A DNA stretch of 59,549 nt from Hemiscyllium ocellatum (lineage: Eukaryota), in assembly GCF_020745735.1 (NCBI RefSeq), contig NW_026867534.1, positions 1 to 59,549 of the forward strand. Reading direction: 5' to 3'. Under the pieces are notes generated by a model that was given only the letters and a program-made list of their open reading frames with translations, had not been told where the DNA came from and did no database searches. Position 1 is the stretch's first letter. Every line of letters begins with the position of its first letter. The position numbers and the translations under genes are program-made. Below are positions 39,720 to 52,512 of this stretch, piece after piece.

Positions 39720-39913
39720 AGCACAGCAGGTTAGGCAGCATCTCAGGAATAGAGAATTCGACGTCGAGCATAAGCCCTTCATTATTCCTGATGAAGGGCT
39801 TATGCTCGAAACGTCGAATTCTCTTCCTGAGATGCTGCCTAACCTGCTGTGCTTTGACCAGCAACACAATTGCAGCTGTGATCTCCAGCATCTGCAGACC
39901 TCATTTTTTACTC
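39720..39913 (+). mobile_element. 194-bp palindromic non-autonomous PLE-derived element with 15-bp TSD
   Basis: ATATTCCTATATTAA at 39705-19 and 39914-28; inverted arms spanning about 39720-39857. Confidence 0.88.
39784..39819 (+). ncRNA. Minimal type I hammerhead ribozyme motif
   Basis: AUUC-CUGAUGA-A-GGGC-UUAU-GCUC-GAAAC-GUC/GAAU: intact core, 4-bp helix II, 4-bp helix I, palindromic ACGU helix III, predicted cut after C39815. Confidence 0.75.
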
Positions 39914-41404
39914 ATATTCCTATATTAAGTGTCTTGAGGTTTACAGCACAGAAAAAGACTCTGTGGGTCATTGAGTCTGTGACAGTAAAGAAGACTACCA
40001 CCTAACTATCCTAATCCATTTCCCAATACTTGGTCCATCGCGCTATCTGTCTTGGCATCGCAAGCGTGCACCTAAATATATCTGAAATGTTGTTGGGATT
40101 TCTGTGTCTCCCACCCTTCCAGGCAGTGAGGTTTAGTGCAACTGTTGCTCGATGATGACATCACCCACAGGAACACAGAGCAGCTGGGTCTGTGCAAACC
40201 AGAGATCGCCCACACATTGGGAAGGATGGCAGGGTCCCTTAGAGGGGGGCACAGGAGATTTACCAGGATGGTTCAAAGAATGGGAGATTTTAGTAGCAAG
40301 TTCTGTATTTTTTTTACACTATTCATTTTTATAATATTGTTGTTGCCAGATACATGGAGAATATCGATCTACGATAGATGGACTCTCCTTCTCAACCTCT
40401 CCCCTTGCCTGGGTTGTGCTAACCTTCAGGTTAAACCACCACCAGCCATCTCTCCCTAATGAGAGAGCAGCCCTATGGTCTGGGAGGACAATGCTGACTT
40501 TACCTTTTACACAGTGATGTCACTGTGCCTCGGGGATGGGGAGAGGGAATGCTGAAGGTGGTGGATGGGACACCACTCAGGCACAGTGCTTTGTCCTGGA
40601 GGATGTTCACTTTCTTTAATATTGTTGGGAGCTGCACTGATGCAGGCAAGTGGAGAATGTTCCAACACAATCCTGATGTGTACCTTATAGAGAGCAAACA
40701 GACATTGGGGAATCAGGGGTTTGGGGAAACTGAGATCGTTCTCCTTGGAGCAGGGGAAATTGAGGGGAGCTGTGACAGAGCGGTTTACAAATGTTACACG
40801 TTATAATAATAAACCTTACACCCATCAGCTCATTATACAAGGGTTACAGGACACATTGAAGGTTTGGGGAGATCTATTGAGACAATGGGCTGATTCAAAG
40901 GAGAACTTTGATGCAGCAAATGGGATTGAGCTGGAATACAATACTCAGACACAATGTGAATATCCAGGTCCTGATGAATTGAGTAATTCTGTCAGAGTTT
41001 GGCGTTACAATTACTGAGATTACCATCTGAATGTCCACCTGTATATCCTGTAATACAAGTTTATAAAATCCATCACTGTCACTTCAGGTTAGAAACTCAC
41101 ACCATCCCCTCCTCCTGGCCCAGGATGATTGGACACATTCCCCCTTGTGGAGGGCAGTATCAATTCAGGGGGAAATCTATGTGGGTTTCTATGAGTTTCC
41201 ACCTTGGGACTTCATGTGACTGAACAGGGCAGATCTTTGACTCATGGGACAGAATGTTCCAAGACTCAGTGAGATATGGAGAGCAGGATTTGCTTTCCTT
41301 TCCTTCCGTGCTACCGCTGTGCCTCATCAATAAGACATGGTGGGGTGAAAGGCTCACGCAGCTTGATGGGTAAGATGTCTCCACTCTGACCAATGGGCAG
41401 CAAG

Positions 41405-43400
41405 CACCCGGCCCATATCCCTCCAAACCCTTCCTATTCATTTATCCATCCAAATGCCTCTTAAATGTTGCAATTGTACCAGCCTCCACGACATCCCCTG
41501 GCAGCTCATTCCATACACGTACCACCCACTGCGTGAAAAAATTGCCGCTTAGGTCTCTTTTATATCTTTCCCCTCTCACCCTAAACCTATGTCCTCTAGT
41601 TCTGGACTCCCTGACCCCAGGGAAAAAAAAATGCCTATTTATCCTATCCATGCCCCTCATAATTTTGTAAACCTCTATAAGGTCACCCCTCAGCCTCTGA
41701 CACTCCAGGGAAAACAGCCCTAGACTGTTCAGCCTCTCCCTATAGCTCAGATCCTCCAACCCTGGCAACATCCTTGTAAATCTATTCTGAACCTTACAAG
41801 TTTCACAACATCTTTCTGATAGGAAGGAGACCAGAAATGCATGCAATATTCCAACAGTGGTCTAATCAATGTCCTGTACAGCCGCAATATGACCTCCCAA
41901 CTCCTGTACTCAATACTCTGACCAATAAAGGAAAGTATACCAAACGCCTTCTTCACTATCCTATCTACCTGCGACTCCACTTTCAAGGAGCTATGAACCT
42001 GCACTCCAAGGTCTCTTTGTTCAGCAACACTCCCTAGGACCTTACCATTAAGTGTATAAGTCCTGCTAAGATTTGCTTTCCCAAAATGCAGCACCTCACA
42101 TTTATCTGAATTAAACTCCATCTGCCACTTCTCAGCCTATTGGCCCATCTGGTCCAGATCCTGTTGTAATCTGAGGTGCCCTCTTCGCTGTCCAGGATAC
42201 CTCCAATTTTGGTGTCATCTGCAAACTTACTGACTATACCTCTTATGCTCGCATCCAAATCATTTATGTAAATGACAAAAAGTAGAGGGCCCAGCACCGA
42301 TTCTTGTGGCACTCCACTGGTCACAGGCCTCCAGTCTGAAAAACAACCCTCCACCACCGCCATCTGTCTTCTACCTTTGAGCTAGTTCTGTATCCAAATG
42401 GGTAGTTCTCCCTGTATTCCATGAGATCTAACCTTGCTAATCAGTCTCCCATGGGGAACCTTGTCGAACACCTTACTGAAGTCCATATAGATCACATCTA
42501 CTGCTCTGCCCTCATCAATCTTCTTTGTTACTTCATCAAAAAACTCAATCAAGTTTGTGAGACATGATTTCCCACACACAAAGCCATGTTGACTATCCCG
42601 AATCAAGCCTTGCCTTTCCAAATATATGTATATCCTGTCCCTCAGAATTCCCCCCAACAAATTGCCCACCACCGAGGTCAGGCTCACTGGTCTATAGTAC
42701 CCTGGCTTGTCCTCACCACCCTTCTTAAACAGTGGCACCACGTTTGCTAACCTCCAGTCTTCCGGCACTTCACCTGTGACTATCGATGATACAAATATCT
42801 CAGCAAGAGGCCCAGCAATCACTTCTGTAGCTTCCCACAGAGTTCTCGGGTACACCCGATCAGGTCCTGGGGATTTATCCACCTTTAACCATTTCCAGAC
42901 AACCAGTACTTCCTCCTCTGTAATCTGGACATTTTGCACGATGTCACCATCTATTTCCCTATAGCCTATATCTTCCATATCCTTTTCCACAGTACATACT
43001 GATGCAAAATATTCATTTAGTATCTCTCCCATTTTCTGTGGCTCCACACAAAGGCTGCCTTGCTGATCTTTGAGGGGCCCTATTCTCTCCCTAGTTACCA
43101 TTTTGTCCTTAATATATTTGTAAAAATCCTTTGGATTCTCCTTAATTCTATTTGCCAAAGCTATCTCATGTCCCCGTTTTGCCCTCCTGATTTCCCTCTT
43201 AAGGATACTCCTACTTTCTTTATACTCTAAGGATTCACTCGATCTATCCTGTCTGTACCTGACATATGCTTCCTTCTTTTGCTTCACCAAAGCCTCAATT
43301 TCTTTCGTCATTCAGCATTCCCTATACCTACCAGCCTTCCCTTTCACCATGACAGGAATATACTTTCTCTGGATCCTTGCTATCCCATTTCTGAAGGATG
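41405..43400 (-). mobile_element. About 2-kb CR1 ORF2 segment (RT), frameshifted, 3' tail missing
   Basis: 309-aa ORF 42382-43311 (DKSPGPD, YRPVSLTS, QHGF, DFSKVFDKV), then [11 protein letters not shown] and KFADDTK. Confidence 0.93.
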
Positions 43401-43864
43401 GTCACTAAGACTGTTTCTTTACCTCTGTTGAAATCGGCATAATGAAGAAGCAAAGGGTGGGCTGAAAATGGCAATGATCGGCTTTCGTAGGTTGGTGTTT
43501 ATTAGAGTTTGAATCGACAGTATAAATATTTGAGCACTTATTCAAGCTGCTAGAGGAAGTGATGGGGGCTGGTACAATTCCGACATTTAAAAGGCATCAG
43601 GAAGAGTATGTGAATAGGAAGGGTTTAGAGGGATATCAGCCATGTGCTAGCAAATGGAATGAAATGAGATGAGAATTTCTGGTTGGTATGGATGAGTTGG
43701 ACTGTTTCCAAGCTGTGCATCTCTGTGACTCTGTGCCTCTGAATAGTCTATTGCAGAGAGTTTCAGACAGGGCTTGGTTTGTGTGTCTCTCTCATGCTTC
43801 CTCAGAATCTGCAAACCCGATGTCTCCAAATTTCCATAAGACTAAGAAATAGGAAAAAGAGGCT

Positions 43865-43948
43865 CGGTACTGAGGGAATGCTGCACTGTCGGAGGATCAA
43901 CAATGAGGGAGTGCTGCACTGTCAGAGGGTCAGTACTGAGGGAGTGCT
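43865..43948 (+). repeat. 33-bp tandem repeat (about 2.5 copies)
   Basis: CAGTACTGAGGGAGTGCTGCACTGTCGGAGGGT-like units start at 43865, 43898 and 43931. Confidence 0.85.
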
Positions 43949-45329
43949 TATTCAGCCAGTTCGAGATCCAATCTGTCAAATTAACTCGGATCCCATTGGC
44001 TCTGATTATTGCTATCATCTGGACATCGAGTTATCTCTCTGAAAACTACTATCAAATTGTTACACATGACTTTCTCTCAATAAAACCGTGCTGACAATTG
44101 TTGGTTTATCTTCCAAATGAAGACTAATTTCACTTTTCAATAGTTTCCCTACCACTGTGACTAGCTTTACAGATCTGTGTTTTCATTATTTACCCCTTCC
44201 TTTGTCCTGCGTAACAGTGCAACGTTGGCTGATCTACACTCACTTGGCACAACTGCTGTGGCCAGACAGTAATTCTAAATTATTGTCAGCGACCCAACTA
44301 TTTCATCCTTTGCATCACTCAACCGCTTGGTATACTTTTCATCTGCCCTGGAAATATAACCACTTTTCATTCAGCAAGACAACACAGAACATCACGTCAT
44401 GTGTCCTAATTTCTGAAAGTACATCACAACACCCCTCCATGATTTCTGTCCCCACATTGTCCGTCTTACTAGTGAACACTGACACAACACATTCGTTTTG
44501 ACCACAACCTAATCCTCCGACTCCACTCCAATAATAACACTTAATGGGCATTACTGTTTCCCGAATAATTCTTTTATTATGAATGAGCCTGTAACTTTTA
44601 AAAATATTTTCCTTTATTTTGACTGTTATTATTTTCTCATGGTCCCTTTTGCTCTTCTAATTCCTTTCCCCTTGCACGTTCTGTACTCCATACTAATTTC
44701 TATTGTTCTGAGATTTCAGTATAGACCGGAAGCCTCCCTTGTTTCTCTTTATCTCACCCTCCATGCCCTTTGGTGTCCAGAGCCCGCTACATTCTTGGTC
44801 CCATTCAGTGGCTTCCTGGGAAATGTCCTCCCTGTGATTTTCCTATCTCTTCCTTAAATGTGTCACACTGCTCTGACTCAGATTTACCAATAAGTGTCAG
44901 CTTCCAGTCCACTCTGGTTAAGTCATTACCTGTTCTTACTAAAATTGTCCTTCCCTTTTCAGAACTTTGGGCCAATGTCTATTCCTTTGCAGTACAATCT
45001 GAAATCCAACTGATTTACAATCACTGTCTGCAAAGTGCACCACCATTGATGTTTTACCCACTGGGTCGACTTCATTTCCAAAAGTTAAGTCCAGGTTCAC
45101 CCCTTTCTTGCAAGGTCTGGATTAAAATTCTCTGTATTAACACATACTTTGTAAAAATATTCTCCTGGGGGCATTTTCAGAATTGTGCTACCTCTCAACT
45201 TTTGACACAATGAATATCCAAGCCTATGCTGAGGAAGTTAAAAACCTCTTTTCTCATTCCCCTATTTAATTAACATCTCTCTGAAATTTGACCATGTCTT
45301 TGCCCTTGGTCTTTTGGACCTATAGTAAG

Positions 45330-45436
45330 TAAAAAATGAGGTCTGCAGATGCTGGAGATCACAGCAAATGTGTTGCTGGTCACAGCAGGTTAGGCAGCAT
45401 CTCAGGAATGAGAATTCGACGTTTCGAGCATAAGCC
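45330..45436 (-). mobile_element. 107-bp PLE-tail insertion truncated inside the HHR, 11-bp TSD
   Basis: CCTATAGTAAG at 45319-29 and 45437-47; same family as 39720-39913. Confidence 0.85.
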
Positions 45437-46040
45437 CCTATAGTAAGGTCTATCGTGCTCTCCCAGTAGTGATGTTTGCTGTATTTTGGTTTTGAGGTAC
45501 TGTCCATTTGCCTTTGTTCGAGGAGGTATCCATGATTTCATTTCTCTTTACAGCCTAAAATACTCTTGTCAGAATTGCGACAGAAGCAACATTCTGTGCC
45601 GCAAACCCCCGCCCCTATCCTTTTCCATCTTTCCCTGTCTCGCCTGAAGGAACTAAATCCTGGAAAATTGAATAGCCACTCCTGCCCGGCTCTCAATATG
45701 TCTCCGTGATAGCAACCGCATCATTTCCTCATTTATGGCAGTATTTCATCTGCCTTGTTCATCAGACTCTGTCATGAAAACGAATACCATCCAGCGTTGC
45801 TATCTCCCTTCTGATGTTACCGGCCTATCGTTTCTATGCCTCCTTAACTCCCTTGCTGTGTCCTATAATTTTAGCCTTTCACATTGTCCTGATGATCTTT
45901 CTGTGTGGATCCCAGCTTCTCCAGCACTCTGCACAATTATGATTCTTGTATCCATTAACCACAAGAAACCTTGATATATGAGAACTGATTGTATTTGTTA
46001 TGAAATTCATCAGATAATTTATGCGATGTGTTTCCTAAAG

Positions 46041-46352
46041 GTCCAGGTCCTCTCCCACCAACTCTTCTCCTAACTGTGAGCTCCAGTGAAGAAATCGCAA
46101 GCAGCAAGTTTGCAACCATTGTCTGTTCAATCATCGATTTCCATCCAAAGTCAATCTCCGTGAGTTGGTTGAAAAATGGCTGACTCTTGGATTCTGGCTT
46201 CTTCACGTCTCCCGTGTGTGAGGCGAACGGCAACTTCTCGGTGACGAGTCGGCTGATGGTCCCTTATGGTGAATGGTACAACAGCGCAGTCTATACCTGC
46301 CAGGTCACTCATGAAGACAACATTCAAAGTAAAAACATCACCGCACTCCAGG
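46041..46352 (+). pseudogene. IGHM: IgM CH2 exon with in-frame stop
   Basis: tttcctaaag acceptor; (G)[102 protein letters not shown]; donor GTAAGA at 46353. Confidence 0.92.
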
Positions 46353-48322
46353 GTAAGAGACACATACTGAGAGAGCTACAAATCACTCTGAACTCTGATG
46401 TGAATCAAACACACTAATTTATCAGGCGTAGTAAACAGCAAGGTACAGCTTCTCGTTTCCCAACATGTCACGTATCTCATTTCAGTTTGAGTGTTACATT
46501 AGCATTGCTCATAATTCAACATTTTGGCAAGTCAGAAAAGCATGTTTGCTCTCTGTTGAAGATAGATATATAGACAGTGAGCTTTGTTAAATAGTTTGTT
46601 GCCTGACCATGCTGGGAGAGGCATTCAGAGTGCTGAATCCTTGCCTGGTAGTGGCTTCAAGGATAAGTTTGGGGTGGAGGGGGGGATATTGGAGAGATAT
46701 CTAATTGAAACATAAAAAATACTGAGAGACTGAGGTCGAGTGAACGTGGAATAGATGTTTTGACTGGTCGGCGGGACTAGGACCCAAGGGCACAGTCTCA
46801 GGGTCAAAGGGGCACCGTTTAGAACTGAGATGGGGAGGAATTTCTTCAGCCAGAGGGTGATGAATCTGTGGAACTTGTTGCTGCAGAGGGCTGTGGAGAC
46901 CAGGCCATTGTGTATATTCAAGCCAGAGATAGTTCGGCTCTTGTTTAGTGTGGGGAGAAGACAGTAGAACGGCTTTAGCCCGAAACATCAATTTTCCTGC
47001 TCGTCGGATGCTGCCTGACCTGCTGTGCTTTTCCAGCATCATTCTGATCTAAACTCTGGATTGGCCGAACAGCCTTATTCTGATCCTCTATCTTATGATG
47101 ATGTGGTCTCAAAATGATGTGGTTAAAATATGCAGTGACCCTTACTTGAAAATAAATCAGAATGCGTTCAATGCTTCATTCCCTGCTCAGGAATGACCTG
47201 TTGGCCTTGGACATTGTAGGACATCGATTTTTATCTGGTACTGAGCTCTTTAACTTCATTTATGGGATCAGACCACAGACCAAGTGGGTATCACATTTGA
47301 TGAACTGGGATAAACGTGGTCTCACTGAGCTTCTTTAAGATGCTCTCTGTGAGTAGTGGATGAGGGAGGAGAATAAATTCTGGTAAGAATGCTACAATAG
47401 GGATGAATGAACGAGGAACTCGAGACAGGCTGATTTAGCCTGGTTTGGGGTGGTGATGTTTACACAGTGGGTAGTGGATGTCTATAAAATTAGTGTACAT
47501 TTCCATCACGTTTGTAGATTAATTTAAGACGCTTTTGTTTGTTTTTTTTCTTCCCTGCTCTATGAAGAAATTTTAAAAATGCAGCTTGGTAAATAAAGTG
47601 AAAGCACAGACCAGTCATGAACGAACTGAATGGAGGGAACGACTTAAGGAGATGGGTGTCCTTCTCGATATCCAATGCTGTACTCAGTGTCTTGTTTTCA
47701 GATCTACTCCAAACTCAACCCACGAGGAACAATGACATAAATTAGAGAATGACATCACACCAATAACGCAAAGTATTTTTGATCACGTTAAATATAATGA
47801 ACAGAATTTCCATGGATATTCACCGCTCCTGTAATACTTTAGAACTCTGCAAAGAGAATAATTATTATTTATTATAATTTGTCCGAAATTTGGGATGTGA
47901 TTTGGCAGTCAGCGTGACCAGCAGCACTTGCACCTAAGGGTTACGAACATGGAATTGAACTCATTATAATCAGATTACTCTTGTCACAAGTATCAATAGA
48001 TGGTCTTAAGTGAGAGACAAACTCTGAAAGAAAGGTAATTCCATGGGTTACATAATGGCATCTTCGATGATTTTACTTTTTTCACAGGTGTCACTTGTTA
48101 CAACGCCAGTGTTCTTTAGGAATAATGACACAGGCTATGTCATAGGTAATCACAAATGCTTTCACAAATCAAAATATATCAACAATAGTAAGCATCGTTT
48201 CAGCAACGGTTGGAGTTGCCATTTTGAAGGTGGTGTCTTCACCCTGTGAAGAAGTAATCTGAAGATTGGGTGTTTGTATCATAAAGGGACATTTTTCATT
48301 GACTTTGATTTTTGTTTCATAG

Positions 48323-48631
48323 AAGATACCGAGTGCCACCCACACACGGTTAAAATCCTCCCACCGCCAGTAGAACAAGTCTTACTGGAGGCGACGGTGA
48401 CGTTAACCTGCGTTGTGTCCAATCTTCCTTCTGGAGTCAACGTGACCTGGAAACAAGAAAAGAAGCCTCTGAAATCAGAGATTGCTGACCAGCCTGGACA
48501 GAATCCCGACAGCGTGATCAGCAAATTAGACATTTCTACTGAAGCCTGGCTGAGTGGCGTTACTTTTGAATGTGTGGTGTACCATCAGAATCTACCGACT
48601 CCGCTGAGAGACTCCATCCACAAGGAGAAAG
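48323..48631 (+). CDS. IGHM: IgM CH3 exon (open)
   Basis: tttcatag acceptor; [44 protein letters not shown]; donor GTGAG at 48632. Confidence 0.95.
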
Positions 48632-49086
48632 GTGAGCGGTGAGATTAAAACACAAAGCATCCCATGTGGAATCCAGATCCAGTTACATCAATGGCAGGCT
48701 TTGATTGGTAATGAACAAACACCGTTGGGAGCATTAATGATGCATCTGAAGGCAGGATAACTAAGTAGCTGATTAAGAAAAAGATGGACCAAAGGATATT
48801 GTATTCTGATTAAGTCAGATAAGGTGGGAAGAAACCTGGGTTGTGATGTCACCATCAGCAATGACAGTTGGACAGAATGCCCTTGTTGTGGGCTGGAAAC
48901 ATGGAGGCAACTTTCACATTAAACTTTACTTTTTTTACTGAACAGAATGTGTACCATACTGCTCCTTTAGAAAAGGAAAGTGAATAAATCCCAAATTAAA
49001 AATGGCATATTTTAATATTTAGTGTAATTGTGATATTGGTTCAGGATGTTTTTGGTTGATTTATATTTGTCTCAAATATTCTGCAG

Positions 49087-49478
49087 TGATTAATCCGCTG
49101 GAGCCATCAGTGTCGGTCCTCCTGCCACCAACAGAAGAAATCTCCGCTCAGAGGTTTCTCTCCCTCACCTGTTTAGTGAGAGGTTTCTCCCCCCGAGAGA
49201 TCTTCGTCAAGTGGACAAACAATGACAAGCCGGTGAATCTCAGTAACTACAAGAACACCGAGGTGATGGCGGAGAGTGACAACACTTCCTTCTTCATCTA
49301 CAGCCTGCTATCCATTACAGCGGAGGAGTGGGCCAGCGGTGCTTCTTACTCCTGTGTGGTGGGACATGAAGCGATTCCATTGAAGATCATCAACAGAACA
49401 GTCGATAAATCCAGCGGTAAACCGAGTTTCGTAAACATTTCACTTGCACTGATGGACACTGTTAATTCATGTCAATAA
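49087..49478 (+). CDS. IGHM: IgM CH4 exon plus secretory tailpiece
   Basis: ctgcag acceptor; [30 protein letters not shown]; internal donor G/GTAAAC at 49417 for TM splicing; tail [20 protein letters not shown]. Confidence 0.97.
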
Positions 49479-49514
49479 AAATCTCAAAGTTGCATTTAAT
49501 AATTCAACAGAAGT

Positions 49515-49520
49515 AATAAA
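49515..49520 (+). terminator. Secretory-form polyadenylation signal
   Basis: AATAAA 37 nt after the stop, followed by a U-rich element. A second AATAAA overlaps the stop codon (49474-79). Confidence 0.7.
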
Positions 49521-50649
49521 GTTTCTTTTCCCTCCAGTTGTGAGTTAAATACTGAATTAGTTGTTTCTCACCCTGACTTACACTGCATCTGTGTAGTTAA
49601 AGTGGATTATTAACAGGTCTAGGACAAGTGTCTTGTGCAGTTCATGTTCTCTGCTCAGATACACCCTGGGTCAGAGACAGAGTAAAGCTCACTCATTGCA
49701 GGATTCCACCAAGTACCTTATGCATCCAATATCCCTCTGTGACAAAATCTGACACTGTCCATTTTATGTCGAGGGTAGAGCACGAGGTTTGAACTTGGTG
49801 TTCTTGATTTCCCCCATTGGACATTCTTACAAAATTCATGTCAGTTTTCAACTGCCACATTGCACCAATTGGAAATGTAAATTTAAGACACTTTAAAATT
49901 AAATTTGATTGGAACATACCAATCGTAAAGAGTGCAGAACAGTTTGAATGTAACCTTTGTTTCTGGGGGACTGCCAGGGATCTTGCGCCAGCGCATGAGT
50001 TGACAGAATGTATCTTCACTTTCACACCAAAGAGAATCGACAGATAAGTTGTCGTGGAGCAGAGGGGAGGGGAACGATGAATGGTCTGTCCTCTCGCTCC
50101 CTGTGCAGAGTTTTCATGGTCGATGTCCTCTGTAATGTAACCCCGTTACTAACAGGAACAGTCAGCTTCTTGCTTCCTGTCCAAAGATTGAATATTTCCA
50201 TGCAAAATAATACCTTTGAAACATGTTGGACACGCTTGGCTCTGTTAACAAATGATTAACATTGATTCCCATAATCCAAAACTGGTGTTTGCATCGTCCC
50301 GGTTTGAATTCCATCGTTGTGTCTCAGTTTTCTGGAGCACATGGGATCAATTCTGGTATTCGAATACCTGATATCATTTTGTTTCACACACAGAACACAA
50401 GTAGACATTTTCTAATCAACATATTCAGAAATGTTATCTCTGGGGCAGTGGGGATTTGAACTCACGCCTTTTCTCTCAGAGACAGAAATTCTATCACTGC
50501 AACAGAAGAGTTGCTCATAAAACGCTTATCTCTCCACGATGATGGGAAATGTTTCCTACAACACCAAGGTCAAATCTAATTATGGGCAATCCATTAAAAT
50601 TAGAACAATAAATTAGAATAATAAAAATTGCAGTCTGGTATAAGAACAG

Positions 50650-51800
50650 ATACAGAGAGATGATCGCAAAGACACACGTAATGACACATATATGGGCTCT
50701 CACCTCAAGACACATATTGATGTGCACACTCAAATGTGCATATAGATAAGAGGTCACACACGCATACTCGCACAGAGCCACACATGCAAGTGGTACTTGA
50801 ACACTCACCTAAGCTCATACAAAAACTCACATTCACCGAAAGAAAATTATTTGCACAAATGAATAGGGGTACTCACACATAACCATGAGAAATATAGACA
50901 CACGGTAACACACAAATGGGCATGAATACATATACATTCATACAGCACAATGCGTACAGACATACACGCATGAACACACAGATACAAATTCCGAAAAATG
51001 TCCTCCCACATGTCAACTCATACAGGCACGTAAGTGCACAGAGATAAATATTAATATCATTATTTTCCCATTTTCAGAATCACAAACATACGATGACAGA
51101 GGCAGCTTAATTAGTTATTTTTAAATCACATTGATCAGCATGTATACAATGTCACACGTACACACAAATTCAGAGTCTCACATGCAGACACACAAGTGCA
51201 TAGATCAACAAATAGAGGGGCGTTTATTAAATAAGGAGAATGGGCACAAGCATCAGCAAGCATCCACACACAGTAACACAAGTTTATCAGGAGATGGTTT
51301 GGGAAAGATTGCCACACAAGCAAACATCGTCATATAAATATAAACACCCATCAAAACATAACATTGCATGCTAAAATTTATTAAGCATCAACATGAACAT
51401 AACCTCGTTTAGGTAGGACCTGAAACAGACACATAAGCGCACATTTTAGATAGCACTAATGAAAAGTGAACACTCACAAAGACATTACAAGATAAGCATA
51501 GGCAGCAACAAAATGGCATATTAGCATGATGATGCTTACACAATGTGAAAAGACCAAAATTTCGGTGCACAACCACATGAGCACACCAGCAGTAAAGGAA
51601 CAGGAATATGTTTATTCATGCACAGACTCCAACATGGGCAAGAGTGAAGTAAGAGACTCTCATAACCACATACACAAACATTAAAGGGAAACCAAACACA
51701 CCAAGCAGTAGGTCAAATAAATTAAGAGACACATGTACAAAAACTTATTCCTAAATATACAGATCCTACAAACAAAAATGTGAAGCAATGTCCTGACTGT
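50650..51800 (+). repeat. Degenerate CA-rich low-complexity tract in the CH4-TM1 intron
   Basis: Dense ACAC/CACA/ATAC words with a strong A+C strand bias. Confidence 0.7.
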
Positions 51801-52245
51801 GATGTCACTTATATTCACGATTTGCCAAACAATTGGTCACCAATACATAAAGGTGAGAATCACATTTGAACTTTTATTCAGTGATGGCCACAATTTTCAA
51901 CTAAAGTGCTGTCACAGCCTATATTTAAACTATAATGATATAATTAAAATAATCATTCGTAATAAGCATTCCTCAAATAATAATATCCTTAAATAATAGA
52001 TTAATAGAAAAATAATTTAAAACGTTCTGACATGGACAATGAAGAAAGAACATGTGCAGTTAGTATTTGTAATTTCTTGCTGAGAGTCAATAATGCACTG
52101 ATGGATACAGATAAGAGTCACACTTGAGAAATACCTGACTGCTTTATGAAGATGTAATGGTCTCTAATTACATGACTTGGATACACATAGATCGATCTGG
52201 ATCAATAAACGATCTAAATGCATTCTCTCGGCTTTATATTCATAG

Positions 52246-52373
52246 ATTCAATAGATAGCACTTGGATTGAAGACTATGAGGATGGTAACAGCAACATCTG
52301 GACAACTGCTTCCACGTTCATCACCTTGTTCTCCCTGAGTATTTTCTACAGCGCTGCCGTCACTCTGGTGAAG
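52246..52373 (+). CDS. IGHM: IgM TM1 exon
   Basis: catag acceptor; [43 protein letters not shown] (CART-type motif); donor GTGAG at 52374. Confidence 0.95.
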
Positions 52374-52512
52374 GTGAGAATAATCACATCTTTCTCACGC
52401 CAAGCAGCCCAATATGTTTTGTGAAATCTCTAAGTGTGCCATTTAATAAACATTAAATCTGAAAGTCCCTGATCATAAATATCTGCGTCATTGCTTTATC
52501 TCTCTTTTCCAG

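Noticed and set aside
40510-40527. CACAGTG-ATGT-CACTGTG, two RSS-like heptamers forming a palindrome
   Set aside because: The orientation is opposite to a signal joint, there are no nonamers, and it lies within a LINE RT remnant (HRRTVAAVC-type motif on the minus strand).
46041-49478. Assignment as IgNAR or IgW
   Set aside because: The domain sequences and the tail [20 protein letters not shown] match shark mu as I recall it. The IgNAR tail differs (SVNVSVVLSDTVKSC-type).
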